DNA from: Candidatus Aminicenantes bacterium | GTDB taxonomy: Bacteria; Acidobacteriota; Aminicenantia; S016-38 | DNA: 56,651 bases | Assembly (NCBI GenBank): GCA_026991555.1 | Contig: JALXBI010000064.1 | Coordinates: 1-56,651 of the forward strand | Direction: 5' to 3' | Shown here: one piece after another, positions 19,377 to 28,050 of the stretch | Numbering within the stretch: the first letter of the stretch is position 1 | Layout of the letters: every line of letters begins with the position of its first letter | Translations under genes and position numbers: made by a program | Notes under the pieces: generated by a model | Databases searched by the model: none | Told to the model about the DNA's origin: nothing | Seen by the model: the letters and a program-made list of their open reading frames with translations, nothing else

Positions 19377-19379
19377 GCT

Positions 19380-19691
19380 TCAGGTTATGCCGAACCTCCT
19401 CTTAGCTTCCTCGCTCATCATGGAAGGATTCCATGGAGGATCAAAGACCAGTTCCACCTCTACATTTCTCACCCCCTCTACCTTAGAAACCTTTTCTCTA
19501 ACCTCGTCCACGAACCTCTGCTGAAGGGGACATCCCACGGCGGTAAGAGTCATCTTTATATGCACATCCCCTTCCTCGCTTACATCTATGGAATAGAAAA
19601 GCCCTAAGTCATAAAGGCTTATTCCCACCTCAGGATCTACTATTCCTCTAAGGACCCCAATTATTTTTTCAAGGAGTTTTTCCTTTTCCAT
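19380..19691 (-). CDS. DUF59 / SufT-like metal-sulfur cluster biosynthesis protein
   Basis: DPEVGISLYDLGL, MTLTAVGCP, VFDPPWNPSMMS. Confidence 0.9.
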   Translation of the reverse strand: MEKEKLLEKIIGVLRGIVDPEVGISLYDLGLFYSIDVSEEGDVHIKMTLTAVGCPLQQRFVDEVREKVSKVEGVRNVEVELVFDPPWNPSMMSEEAKRRFGIT

Positions 19692-20460
19692 GTTTTTTCT
19701 CCTCCTTTTCCTTTATAAACTTCCTCGCCTTCTTAGCCCACTTGCTCTTGGGATAATCGGTAATTACCTTGGCCAGAAAGGCCTTTCCTTCCCCCCTTTT
19801 CCCGAGATTGTAGAGGCTCACCCCGTATTCGTAATAAACCTCGTCCATTTTTTCGAAATCCGGGTATTTTTCTATTATGTCCTGAAGCCTCCAGGAGGCC
19901 CCGAGCCATTTTTTTATGTGAAAATAAAAACGGGCGATATGAAGTATGTGGGAAGCGTAAACCTGACGACATGTCTCTATTTTCTTCTTCGCCTCCTGGG
20001 CCTCCTGGGTATCCGGATACTTCTCAATAACCTTTTTGAATTCCTCAATAGCAAGCAGGGTATTGGTCTGATCCCGGCCCGGTTTGTGCATCTGTTTAAA
20101 ATAGCACATACCCATCATATACTGGGCATAGGCAGCCTTGGGATGATAGGGGTAAAGGGAAACGAATTCCCTGTATTCATTGTAGGCTAAGGTCAAGGAA
20201 GCAATGTCCCCTTTTTTGAAATAGGAATCGGCTATTCCCAGCTTCGCCCTGGGCGCGTATTTGCTTTTGGGATATATCCTTATGATAGTGGAGAAGACTT
20301 TCCTTGCCTTGTCGTATCTCTTGTGCTTCAGGTATTCCCTTCCTATTTTATAAAGCTGAGAGGCCGTGGCGTTCTCCGGAATGGGATTGGTCCTTTTACC
20401 CCCGCATCCCCACAAAAACAGAAGGCTTAACAGAATTGTGGCTCCAAAGGCTCTTTTCAT
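19669..20460 (-). CDS. bamD: Outer-membrane protein assembly factor BamD (TPR lipoprotein)
   Basis: Lipobox LWGC; TPRs; YP.HPKAAYAQY; RDQTNT...A...F; IARFYF. Confidence 0.85.
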   Translation of the reverse strand: MKRAFGATILLSLLFLWGCGGKRTNPIPENATASQLYKIGREYLKHKRYDKARKVFSTIIRIYPKSKYAPRAKLGIADSYFKKGDIASLTLAYNEYREFVSLYPYHPKAAYAQYMMGMCYFKQMHKPGRDQTNTLLAIEEFKKVIEKYPDTQEAQEAKKKIETCRQVYASHILHIARFYFHIKKWLGASWRLQDIIEKYPDFEKMDEVYYEYGVSLYNLGKRGEGKAFLAKVITDYPKSKWAKKARKFIKEKEEKKHGKGKTP

Positions 20461-21110
20461 TTCAGTTCCTCCTTAAGGGATAGCAAATTCTTCAGAGGCT
20501 CCCCTGAAAATACTGCGCTTCCTGCTACCAGAACTTCTGCCCCAGCCCTGGCGATGGTTTTTATGTTGTGTTTCTTTACTCCCCCATCCACCTCTATGAG
20601 GAATTTATAGCCCTTTTCCTTTCTTAACTCCTTGAGTCTGGTTATCTTATCCAGTCCTTCCTTTATAAATTGTTGACCTCCGAAGCCCGGATTTACCGTA
20701 AGAAGAAGAACGAAATCCAGGAAGGGAAGGGAGGGCTCCAATAAACATATGGGGGTGGAGGGGTTAAGGGCAAGACCAGCCTTCTTTCCCCTTTCCTTTA
20801 TCTTGGTCAAATAACGGTGATGATGGGAGGTCGCCTCTATATGAAAGGAGACCCAGTCAGCTCCGCTGTCCATGTACCACTCGATGGCCTGGGCCGGGTT
20901 GGTTACCATAAGATGAACATCCAGTATAAGGTCCGGGAATTTTTCCTTTATGGCCCTGGCGAAAAATGGCCCAAAGGTAATATTCGGGACAAAGTGACCA
21001 TCCATTATGTCTAAGTGCAGAATTTTTGTCTCCCGCCTTATCTTTTCAATCCGGGAATAAAGGTTCAAGGGGTCAGCGGAAAGGAGGGAGGGGGCAATTA
21101 TCGGCTTCAT
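20457..21110 (-). CDS. rpe: Ribulose-phosphate 3-epimerase
   Basis: IAPSLLSAD, HLDIMDGHFVPNITFG, DVHLM, VNPGFGGQ, EVDGG. Confidence 0.96.
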   Translation of the reverse strand: MKPIIAPSLLSADPLNLYSRIEKIRRETKILHLDIMDGHFVPNITFGPFFARAIKEKFPDLILDVHLMVTNPAQAIEWYMDSGADWVSFHIEATSHHHRYLTKIKERGKKAGLALNPSTPICLLEPSLPFLDFVLLLTVNPGFGGQQFIKEGLDKITRLKELRKEKGYKFLIEVDGGVKKHNIKTIARAGAEVLVAGSAVFSGEPLKNLLSLKEELK

Positions 21111-21817
21111 TTGGTCACCTTAAAGGAAATTTCCTGGTCCCGGGTTATTTTATACCCTGGGAAGGGAAGTTGTTGCACGATAACCCCTGATTCCCAGCCG
21201 GGATATTGAACAAACTCCGGTGGGTCCACTTTAAACCCTGCTGAGGTTAATTTTATCTGAACCATTTCAAAATTTTTTCCTATAAAATCCGGCATAACAT
21301 ATGCTTCCTTCAGGGGCAAACCCACCAGAAGGTCTACATATCCTCCCCTGGAAATCTCCTTTCCTGGCGAGGGAAACTGGGCTATTACAGAAGGCTGGGA
21401 AACCCCGGGATAATAAATCCTGGTTATGTTTCCTATGGATATGCCCAAGTCTTCGGCTTCCAGTCTGACCTCCTCCACCTTCTTTCCCCGGAAGTCCGGG
21501 ATCTTCACCTTTTCCCCTTCCTCACTGATGGCCACCCTTACCTCCCCACCCTTTTTTATCTCCGAGCCAGGATAGGGTTCCTGGGAAAGGACAATTCCCG
21601 GTTCTATATCCTCCTCCTGCCTTCTGGCCACCACCCTGAGAACTATACCTATCCTTTCCGCCTCTTTTTGGGCCTCTTCAATTTTAAGGCCGGTAAATTT
21701 TGGCACATAAATGGTGCCGCTTCTTATGGTTATGGCAAAGGTTATAACCGCAGAAAGGGCTGAGGATACTAAAAATACCCCTCCGTAAATGAGCAAAGAA
21801 ATCAGTTTTTTCCCCAT
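21107..21817 (-). CDS. Membrane-anchored protein with three PASTA domains (no kinase domain)
   Basis: One N-terminal TM helix, then three repeats starting VPKFTG / IPDFRG / MPDFIG, each with V..Q.P.PG. Confidence 0.85.
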   Translation of the reverse strand: MGKKLISLLIYGGVFLVSSALSAVITFAITIRSGTIYVPKFTGLKIEEAQKEAERIGIVLRVVARRQEEDIEPGIVLSQEPYPGSEIKKGGEVRVAISEEGEKVKIPDFRGKKVEEVRLEAEDLGISIGNITRIYYPGVSQPSVIAQFPSPGKEISRGGYVDLLVGLPLKEAYVMPDFIGKNFEMVQIKLTSAGFKVDPPEFVQYPGWESGVIVQQLPFPGYKITRDQEISFKVTK

Positions 21818-21825
21818 AGGTTTTA

Positions 21826-21853
21826 TATTCTAACAGGTTTTCCTGTTAAAATA
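21826..21853. promoter_or_regulatory. Back-to-back extended -10 promoters (PASTA operon / RDD gene), leaderless candidates
   Basis: (+) TGtTAAAAT 21844-21852, 8 nt before ATG 21861. (-) TGtTAGAAT 21835-21827, 9 nt before ATG 21817. The arms form an inverted repeat with one mismatch. Confidence 0.7.
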
Positions 21854-21860
21854 GAACCCG

Positions 21861-22295
21861 ATGGTAAAACACAAAACAGCTCCCTTATTTGAACCTCCGG
21901 AAACGGAACCGGAGCTGTCCCCTGCCTCCCTCCCCAGGCGTCTTCTGGCATTCTTCTTTGATGCCATTTTAGTTTCAGGTTTTTTCCTTCTTCCCATCCA
22001 GATTTTAAAGCCTCATTGGGGACCTGCCTTCTTCCTTGGAGCTTTAATTTACCTTTCAGTTGAAGTTTTCTCCTACTATTTCCTTGGCTATTTTTTGATG
22101 GGAAAGACAGTAGGCGACGCCCTGGCCGGGATAAAATTGTGCTCCACCTCGCTGGGGTTTAGAAAGGCCCTGGGGTTTTCTCTGGTAAAAACCCTCTTTA
22201 CCATAATACCCTTAAACGGAATCCTTATCTTCCTTCTGGAAAACAACCTGACCGGAGAACAGTTTCTCTTTGACCAGAGGTATTGCAGAACTTAA
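21861..22295 (+). CDS. RDD-family membrane protein
   Basis: ASLPRRLLAFFFD (RDD motif), GKTVGDALAGI, three TM segments. Confidence 0.75.
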   Translation: MVKHKTAPLFEPPETEPELSPASLPRRLLAFFFDAILVSGFFLLPIQILKPHWGPAFFLGALIYLSVEVFSYYFLGYFLMGKTVGDALAGIKLCSTSLGFRKALGFSLVKTLFTIIPLNGILIFLLENNLTGEQFLFDQRYCRT

Positions 22296-23437
22296 TTCCC
22301 TTTTCCTGCAGGGGTAAAATCCCTGCACTTTCCACCGGGAATTATGGCCTTCAGGGTGGAGAGCATGTTTCTGAGGTCCTGGTAGCCCAGGAGTCTTGCC
22401 GCCTCCTTTCCCTTGGGGTCAAGAAATACGAAGGTTGGGGTTCCGAAAATTCCGAATTTCCTTACAAGCTCCTGTGCTGCCGGGTCAGTTATATCAACCT
22501 GAACGAGTTTGAAATTTTCCCCCTGACATTCCCTTTTAAGGGCGTTGATTACAGGAACCATTTTCATGCAAACCGTGCATTTGGGACTGTAGAATTCCAC
22601 CACCACAGGAATTCCCTTGGGCAGTTCCACGGTCCTTTCCTCGGATGTTTGAGGAAGGGAAGGGGGAGCTGGGGGAAGGCCTTCTGTTGCACATAAACCC
22701 TGGGTTTCACAGGCCTGGGGCTTCCCTGACCGGGGAATTTTCAAGTTAACCTCAAGCCACGAAGCTTTATTAATAACCAGGAGAATTCCCATGGCAACGA
22801 GGATTATCCCCATGGTCTTTTCCACCACAGGAATCCATTTTCTTGCCCGTTTCAAAAACCTCAGAAAGGGTTCCATAAAAACTGCCAGTAACACCATGGG
22901 AAGGGCGAAACCCAGGGAATAGACCATGAGGTAAAATCCCCCCCTGAGGGCCTGAGAGGTGGCCACCGCGGTATAGGTTAAAATGGAGCCCAAAACCGGC
23001 CCTAAGCAAGGGGACCATCCGAAGGCAAAAAAGAATCCTATGAGAAATGAGTTCAATGCCCTCACGCCCGTATTAACCTTCTGGGCGCTGAACCTTTTTT
23101 CGTAATCCAGGAAGTCCACATTCAGGTAGCCCAGGAATTTGAGGCCGAAAACGAAAATAAGAAGTCCCCCAAGGCCCCGAAGTACATCCTTGTTTTTAAG
23201 GAAAAAGGAGCCAAGGGCGGTGGCGGAAATACCCAAAAGAACGAAAACCAGGGAAAGCCCCAGGAGAAAGGAAAAACTGTTAAGAAGAAGACTTATTCTT
23301 TTAAACCGATTTCTGGCTATCTCCTCCACCTCCTCCCCCACCAATAGGGAAATATACACGGGGAGAAGAGGAAGAATGCAGGGGGTAAAAAAGGTTAAAA
23401 CCCCGGCTAAAAATATGACCCCTAAGGAAACTTCCAT
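22292..23437 (-). CDS. CcdA (DsbD-beta-like) transmembrane domain fused to a thioredoxin domain
   Basis: FFTPCILPLLP and WSPCLGP redox cysteines; six TMs; C-terminal Trx fold with EFYSPKCTVC and FGTPT. Confidence 0.88.
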   Translation of the reverse strand: MEVSLGVIFLAGVLTFFTPCILPLLPVYISLLVGEEVEEIARNRFKRISLLLNSFSFLLGLSLVFVLLGISATALGSFFLKNKDVLRGLGGLLIFVFGLKFLGYLNVDFLDYEKRFSAQKVNTGVRALNSFLIGFFFAFGWSPCLGPVLGSILTYTAVATSQALRGGFYLMVYSLGFALPMVLLAVFMEPFLRFLKRARKWIPVVEKTMGIILVAMGILLVINKASWLEVNLKIPRSGKPQACETQGLCATEGLPPAPPSLPQTSEERTVELPKGIPVVVEFYSPKCTVCMKMVPVINALKRECQGENFKLVQVDITDPAAQELVRKFGIFGTPTFVFLDPKGKEAARLLGYQDLRNMLSTLKAIIPGGKCRDFTPAGKGN

Positions 23438-23446
23438 GGTTTGAGG

Positions 23447-23455
23447 ATTATATCA
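23447..23455 (-). promoter_or_regulatory. Extended -10 (TGaTATAAT) 9 nt before the ccdA-trx ATG
   Basis: Minus strand: TGA (TolC-family stop codon)-TATAAT-cctcaaacc-ATG; no SD. Confidence 0.7.
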
Positions 23456-24955
23456 AAATTTTATCTGAAAACCCTCGAGGAGCCTCCCTGCGGCCTTTTT
23501 CAGTCTGTAAAGGGCCACATTATAATCCAGAAGAGCTTTAAGTTCGTTTATTCTGGCATTGGCCAGATCCCTCTGGTAGGTAAGGACCATGTAGTTGGTG
23601 GAAGCCCCCTGGGCGAATTTTACCTGTTCTGCTTCAAGCTTCTTTTCGGCGAGTTCCCTGGCCTTCTTGGTGGCTATCATTCTCTGATAGGCAGCCACCG
23701 CATCCCTCCATGCGGACTTTACCTCATATTCCACCTGAGAAAGGACTTTCCTGTAATTTTCCTTGGCCTGATAATATTCGGAGACAGCGGCCCTGAATTC
23801 CCCCACTTCCTTCTGCCTTACCACGGGCATTTTGTAAACAAGGCTCAGGTTGATACTGTTATAGGCTCCCCTGAGGGCTTCGTTCAAGGCATCGTAGGGG
23901 CTGCCGGAAATTTTCCCCACCACTTCTCCGGAAAAGGGGTTATTGTTTTTGTAAAGAACCCTGTCCCCTGCTCTTCCTATGGTAGAGAAGGAAAGCTGGA
24001 GGTTCAGTTCAGGTTTAAGGGCGTTCTTCTTAACCCTCATCTGGAACTCCGCGGTTTCAACCTGCTTCTGGGCAGCGAGGAGCTGGGGGTTGTGGCGCCG
24101 GGCATATTCCAGAGCAGAATTAAGGTCCGGAAGCTTCCTAATGGTTTCAGGTGACTCAAAGGAAGAGGGGTCCTCGGGGATGACTTCCAGTCCGGTTTTT
24201 AACTTCAGCTGCTCCCGGGCGTTTTCCAGCTGATTCCTTGCCTCTATAAGTTCAGCTCGGCGGTTTTCCACCTCTGCCTCAGCCTCCACCAGGTCAAGGG
24301 AGGATTTTTTCCCCACCTTTACCATTTCCAGGTTCTGACGGTAAAGGTCCTGGGCAAGTTTGAGGGATTCCTCCTTTACCCTGTATGCCTGAAGATAATA
24401 GAGATAATTCCAGTAAGCCTGAACCACATCCAGCACCACTTCCTCTGCCTTAGCTCTGAAGTCAAGCTGGCTCCTTTGGTAATTGGCTCTGGAAATTATG
24501 ATGTTCTGCTTGGTAACGGAAATCCCGGCATTTTTAAGAAGAGGGTGAGATAGGGAGAGCTGAAAGAACGTTGTATAACTGGGATTGAGCTGGTAAAAGA
24601 GGTTGGTGGTGTAATTTCTATTCTGGCTGACTGAGAAGGTTATGTGTCCCCCTGTGGGCAGGGTCTGGATTATTTGAAGTTCCCCGGATTCCCTGTCGGT
24701 GTCCACCCTGTCAGATCTTCCTTCAAAAATCGAAGACGGCTTCTGCTGGTCCTTTGAGGCAGAAGCAGAAAAGGAGAGGGAAGGGATGAAAATAGCCTTG
24801 GAGGCTTCCCACAGGTTCTTGCTCTTTTCCGGCTCATATTTGGCCACTAAGATGTCCGGGTTTTTCTTCATGGCCAGGGTCACCACCTGTTTAAGGGTAA
24901 TCTTCTGGGGAAAAATAATAGGCGACATCAATAGAATAAGTAGAATTTTCCTCAT
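23453..24955 (-). CDS. TolC-family outer-membrane efflux protein
   Basis: Start ATG 24955 (GAGGAGG SD). Signal peptide, ITLKQVV..AMKKNP, two OEP helical repeats, E..KF..G.ST..V. Confidence 0.88.
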   Translation of the reverse strand: MRKILLILLMSPIIFPQKITLKQVVTLAMKKNPDILVAKYEPEKSKNLWEASKAIFIPSLSFSASASKDQQKPSSIFEGRSDRVDTDRESGELQIIQTLPTGGHITFSVSQNRNYTTNLFYQLNPSYTTFFQLSLSHPLLKNAGISVTKQNIIISRANYQRSQLDFRAKAEEVVLDVVQAYWNYLYYLQAYRVKEESLKLAQDLYRQNLEMVKVGKKSSLDLVEAEAEVENRRAELIEARNQLENAREQLKLKTGLEVIPEDPSSFESPETIRKLPDLNSALEYARRHNPQLLAAQKQVETAEFQMRVKKNALKPELNLQLSFSTIGRAGDRVLYKNNNPFSGEVVGKISGSPYDALNEALRGAYNSINLSLVYKMPVVRQKEVGEFRAAVSEYYQAKENYRKVLSQVEYEVKSAWRDAVAAYQRMIATKKARELAEKKLEAEQVKFAQGASTNYMVLTYQRDLANARINELKALLDYNVALYRLKKAAGRLLEGFQIKF

Positions 24956-24997
24956 GCACACCTCCTCTTTATAAATACGAAAACCAGGGAATTTAGT

Positions 24998-26620
24998 TCA
25001 AACGGCTCCCATTATGTCCGGGTGAAGCCCGGAAAATTTCTTCATGTATTCCTTCCGCTCGCTGATGAGCTCCTGGATGAGTTTCTCTGCGGTGGCTTCG
25101 GTGTAATAGTGGGAAAGGTCAAAGGGAGAAAGGTCCAGGTCCGGAACATAGCTGGGAATCAGGGTGTTGAAATGGGGCTCCTTCTCCCATTCCACCGTTC
25201 CCTTGAGGATTCCCCTTATCACTGCTGCGTTGTCCCTGATTTTTATCTTGTAGGGCTTGGTTCCCTTATCATTTCCCCTTTCTCCTATGGTGCCGGTGTT
25301 CATGAGATAAGATTGAACCTTATCCTGGGGAAGGCCCAGGAGCAGTTGGTAAAACAGGTTACCTTCCTCTTCCTCCGGACCTACTATGAAGGGATTGGTT
25401 CCCACCACCCTTACCGACTGGCCAGCCCTGGTTGGATCTCCGGCAGAGGTTTCTATGCTCTCTCCCAGCATGAAGGTGGCTGCTGCCTGGGCCGGGGTGA
25501 GCTTCTGAATCATGGGGAGGATATCGCTTCTTCTGGTAATAAAAAGGAAAACCAGGCCGTCAATCTCCGAAAGGGGAGGGAGATTAATGGTTTCCGATTT
25601 CCACTCCCCTAAGTCCTTCCACTGAATTATGCCCCTACCATTTCCAGTGAGGGTTAAATCCTGGAAGTATACCCTTCCCTTCCAGTCCACGAGGACATTC
25701 TCCAGAAGGGCAGAGGGCTTCCTGGCCGAGGAATAAATAAGCGGTTGGCTCTCCGGTTCCAGCCCATCGGTTTTTATGAAAAACCCAATCTCCGTTCCAT
25801 AAGCGGAGCCATCGGGTCTCAGGGCTACGAAATCGTCCTGAACGATCCAGACCCTTTCTCCCTCTTCCTTCTTCAGGCCCCACGGGTGAACAGAATGGGT
25901 GGTTTTACCGGTTCCTGAAAGGCCGAAAAGAAGGATTGAGTAGGTTTTTAACTTCCCGTCCTTTGCCTTAACCCTTACCAGCTTTGCTCCGGCATGAAGC
26001 CCCAGGTAACCCTTGTCCACCTTGGCCCTGTACATGGCCATTCTCAAAAAACCCTTCTTTATCTCCCCATAATAATCGGTTCCCAGAACGAAGGTGAGAT
26101 TGACCTCAGGGAAAACTATTATCTGCCTGTCCTTCTCCTGCCATTCGGGAATGTATACCATGTATAGGTCGGGCCCTGGAACTTCTGGGTTGTAATCTGG
26201 CAGGGACTGGGTCCACATGTAGGGAACCCTGATAGTATCCCTTCGTCCCACGGAGAAAAGAAGGTGCATGTGGGGATTGAAATCCGGGTTCTGCCCCATG
26301 TTCCTGTGATGCTGAATCAGGGGGGCCTTCTTCAGGTAATCCAGAACGAGACGGAGGGTCTGGGGAAGCTGCTGAAGAAGTTTTTTCCTTTCAGGGGTCC
26401 ACTCTATGGAATTCATTAGCTTGGGATCGTCTGCGTAAATATAAGTAAGCTTGGCACTGCGGTTTCTTACAGAGGTGTAAAAGGCTAAGCTTCCGTCCTC
26501 GGTTATAACCCCGTGCTTGGCGGCCTCCTCCTTCATTTCCTCCACCGATGGAGTCCTCACATTGGGGTAACCAAAAGCCCTTTTTACCTCTTCAAGTATT
26601 TCCCGCTGATTAATTTCCAT
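24998..26620 (-). CDS. pckA: Phosphoenolpyruvate carboxykinase (ATP)
   Basis: GTDYYGEIKKG, LHAG, FGLSGTGKTT, QDD, FFIKT, LENV, NGR, FMLG, NPF. Confidence 0.9.
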   Translation of the reverse strand: MEINQREILEEVKRAFGYPNVRTPSVEEMKEEAAKHGVITEDGSLAFYTSVRNRSAKLTYIYADDPKLMNSIEWTPERKKLLQQLPQTLRLVLDYLKKAPLIQHHRNMGQNPDFNPHMHLLFSVGRRDTIRVPYMWTQSLPDYNPEVPGPDLYMVYIPEWQEKDRQIIVFPEVNLTFVLGTDYYGEIKKGFLRMAMYRAKVDKGYLGLHAGAKLVRVKAKDGKLKTYSILLFGLSGTGKTTHSVHPWGLKKEEGERVWIVQDDFVALRPDGSAYGTEIGFFIKTDGLEPESQPLIYSSARKPSALLENVLVDWKGRVYFQDLTLTGNGRGIIQWKDLGEWKSETINLPPLSEIDGLVFLFITRRSDILPMIQKLTPAQAAATFMLGESIETSAGDPTRAGQSVRVVGTNPFIVGPEEEEGNLFYQLLLGLPQDKVQSYLMNTGTIGERGNDKGTKPYKIKIRDNAAVIRGILKGTVEWEKEPHFNTLIPSYVPDLDLSPFDLSHYYTEATAEKLIQELISERKEYMKKFSGLHPDIMGAV

Positions 26621-26652
26621 TTTCCTCCTCCTGTTCCTGAAAATGAAACCAT

Positions 26653-26693
26653 ATTGTATTACTCTTTTAGATTCAGGTAAAGTTTTATATAAT
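26653..26693. promoter_or_regulatory. Divergent -10 boxes: TACAAT (-) for pckA (leadered, SD GGAGGAGG) and TATAAT (+) 7 nt before ATG 26701 (leaderless)
   Basis: attgta at 26653-26658 reads TACAAT on the minus strand; TATAAT 26688-26693 followed by ttttctc-ATG. Confidence 0.6.
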
Positions 26694-26700
26694 TTTTCTC

Positions 26701-27327
26701 ATGGCTATCCTTGATTTCCACGAAAATATGGACTTTGATGAACTCTGCGAAGCTTACATAGGCAAGCTCAAGAGCATCGTTGAAAAGGCAAGGAGAAAAA
26801 AATGGCAGGGTTTCCTTCAGCACGGAGCCTCCTTTAAAAAGATAACCGATGCCTTTATCCCCCTTTACGCCCAAAAAAAACCTCGTCCCAAAAAGGATGA
26901 GGATTTTGAAAGGGCGGAATTGGAGTTCAAGCTCGGGAAGAAGGAATATTATCAGGGCAAATATCGGGAGGCAGCAGAGCACTTTCAAAATGCAGCCTCA
27001 CTGGTGCCTCAAAAGCATTCCTATCATGGTTTCCTGGGCCTGGCCCTAAAAAAAATGGGAAGCTACGATGCAGCGGCAAAATCTTTCAAAACCGCCATTT
27101 CCCTGTATCCCGTAAGCAGGGACTACTGGTTGAGCCTGGGGGAATGTCTGGAAGCCCTGGGGGTAAAAAGCGGCGCCATTGAGGCCTATGCCATAGCCTT
27201 TTTAGTGGAACCCTCGGACCTGAAACCTATAAAAAAAATAGAGGCCCTGGACCCCACGGCCAACTTCACAGGCAAAAAAAGAAAATCCGGAATTTTTCAG
27301 AAACTTTTCGGAAGAAATAGCTCTTGA
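26701..27327 (+). CDS. TPR protein with an N-terminal J-domain-like region lacking HPD
   Basis: Three TPRs (FKLGKKEYYQGKYREAAEHFQNA..., LGLALKKMG...); the N-terminus aligns by eye to DnaJ helices (see findings). Confidence 0.7.
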   Translation: MAILDFHENMDFDELCEAYIGKLKSIVEKARRKKWQGFLQHGASFKKITDAFIPLYAQKKPRPKKDEDFERAELEFKLGKKEYYQGKYREAAEHFQNAASLVPQKHSYHGFLGLALKKMGSYDAAAKSFKTAISLYPVSRDYWLSLGECLEALGVKSGAIEAYAIAFLVEPSDLKPIKKIEALDPTANFTGKKRKSGIFQKLFGRNSS

Positions 27328-27334
27328 CTGAGCT

Positions 27335-27343
27335 TGGTATAAT
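27335..27343 (+). promoter_or_regulatory. Extended -10 promoter of the rpmH operon
   Basis: TGgTATAAT, followed by SD GGAGG (27362-27366) and ATG 27373. Confidence 0.7.
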
Positions 27344-27372
27344 TATTATCATTCCCCCCTTGGAGGAACGAG

Positions 27373-27510
27373 ATGAAGAGGACTTTTCAACCTAACAGAA
27401 GAAGGAGAAGACGTACCCACGGCTTTCTCGTAAGGTCAAGAACTAAAGCGGGAAGGGCGGTGCTGAAGAGAAGGAGGAGAAAGGGAAGGTGGCGCCTTGC
27501 CCCATCCTGA
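27373..27510 (+). CDS. rpmH: 50S ribosomal protein L34 (45 aa; absent from the ORF track)
   Basis: Own translation: [45 protein letters not shown]; GGAGG SD. Confidence 0.97.
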   Translation: MKRTFQPNRRRRRRTHGFLVRSRTKAGRAVLKRRRRKGRWRLAPS

Positions 27511-27835
27511 GAGGGCACTGGGAAGGGAAAGGAGATTAAAGAAATCTCGCGATATAATCGGGGTTTTTAGAAGGGGCGAAAGGAGGGAAACTCCCTTCTT
27601 TTCCCTTTTGCTCAGGAGGAATAATTTGGGTTACGACAGGATAGCTGTGGTAGCAAATAAAAAATTCGGAAAAGCGGCGGAAAGAAACAGGATCAGGAGG
27701 AGGCTGAAAGAGATTTTCAGGCTTTATAGAAAGGATGTGGGTTACGATATGGTATTCTATGTGAAAAAAGAGGCCAAAGGGGCCAGTTTCGAGGAGCTAA
27801 AGAGGGCCTTTCTCTCAGCCATGGAGGGAAGGTGA
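27497..27835 (+). CDS. rnpA: Ribonuclease P protein component
   Basis: [34 protein letters not shown] (RNR motif); position after rpmH. Confidence 0.92.
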   Translation: MPHPERALGRERRLKKSRDIIGVFRRGERRETPFFSLLLRRNNLGYDRIAVVANKKFGKAAERNRIRRRLKEIFRLYRKDVGYDMVFYVKKEAKGASFEELKRAFLSAMEGR

Positions 27836-28041
27836 AGGATTTTTTAATTTTTCTCATAAAGCTTTACAGAACTTTAATTTCCCCTCTCTTCCCCACCACA
27901 TGCCGTTTTACTCCTACGTGTTCAGAGTATTCCATTGAAGCAATAAAAAAATACGGGGTTATAAAAGGGGGATGGTTATCTCTTAAAAGGGTCTCCCGAT
28001 GCCACCCTTGGAATCCAGGAGGGCATGATCCCGTGCCATAG
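27832..28041 (+). CDS. yidD: Membrane protein insertion efficiency factor
   Basis: [31 protein letters not shown]. Confidence 0.95.
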   Translation: MKDFLIFLIKLYRTLISPLFPTTCRFTPTCSEYSIEAIKKYGVIKGGWLSLKRVSRCHPWNPGGHDPVP

Positions 28042-28050
28042 GAGTGAAAA

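Noticed and set aside
27324-27329. TTGACT as the -35 of the rpmH promoter
   Set aside because: Only 8 nt from TATAAT; the promoter is better explained as an extended -10.
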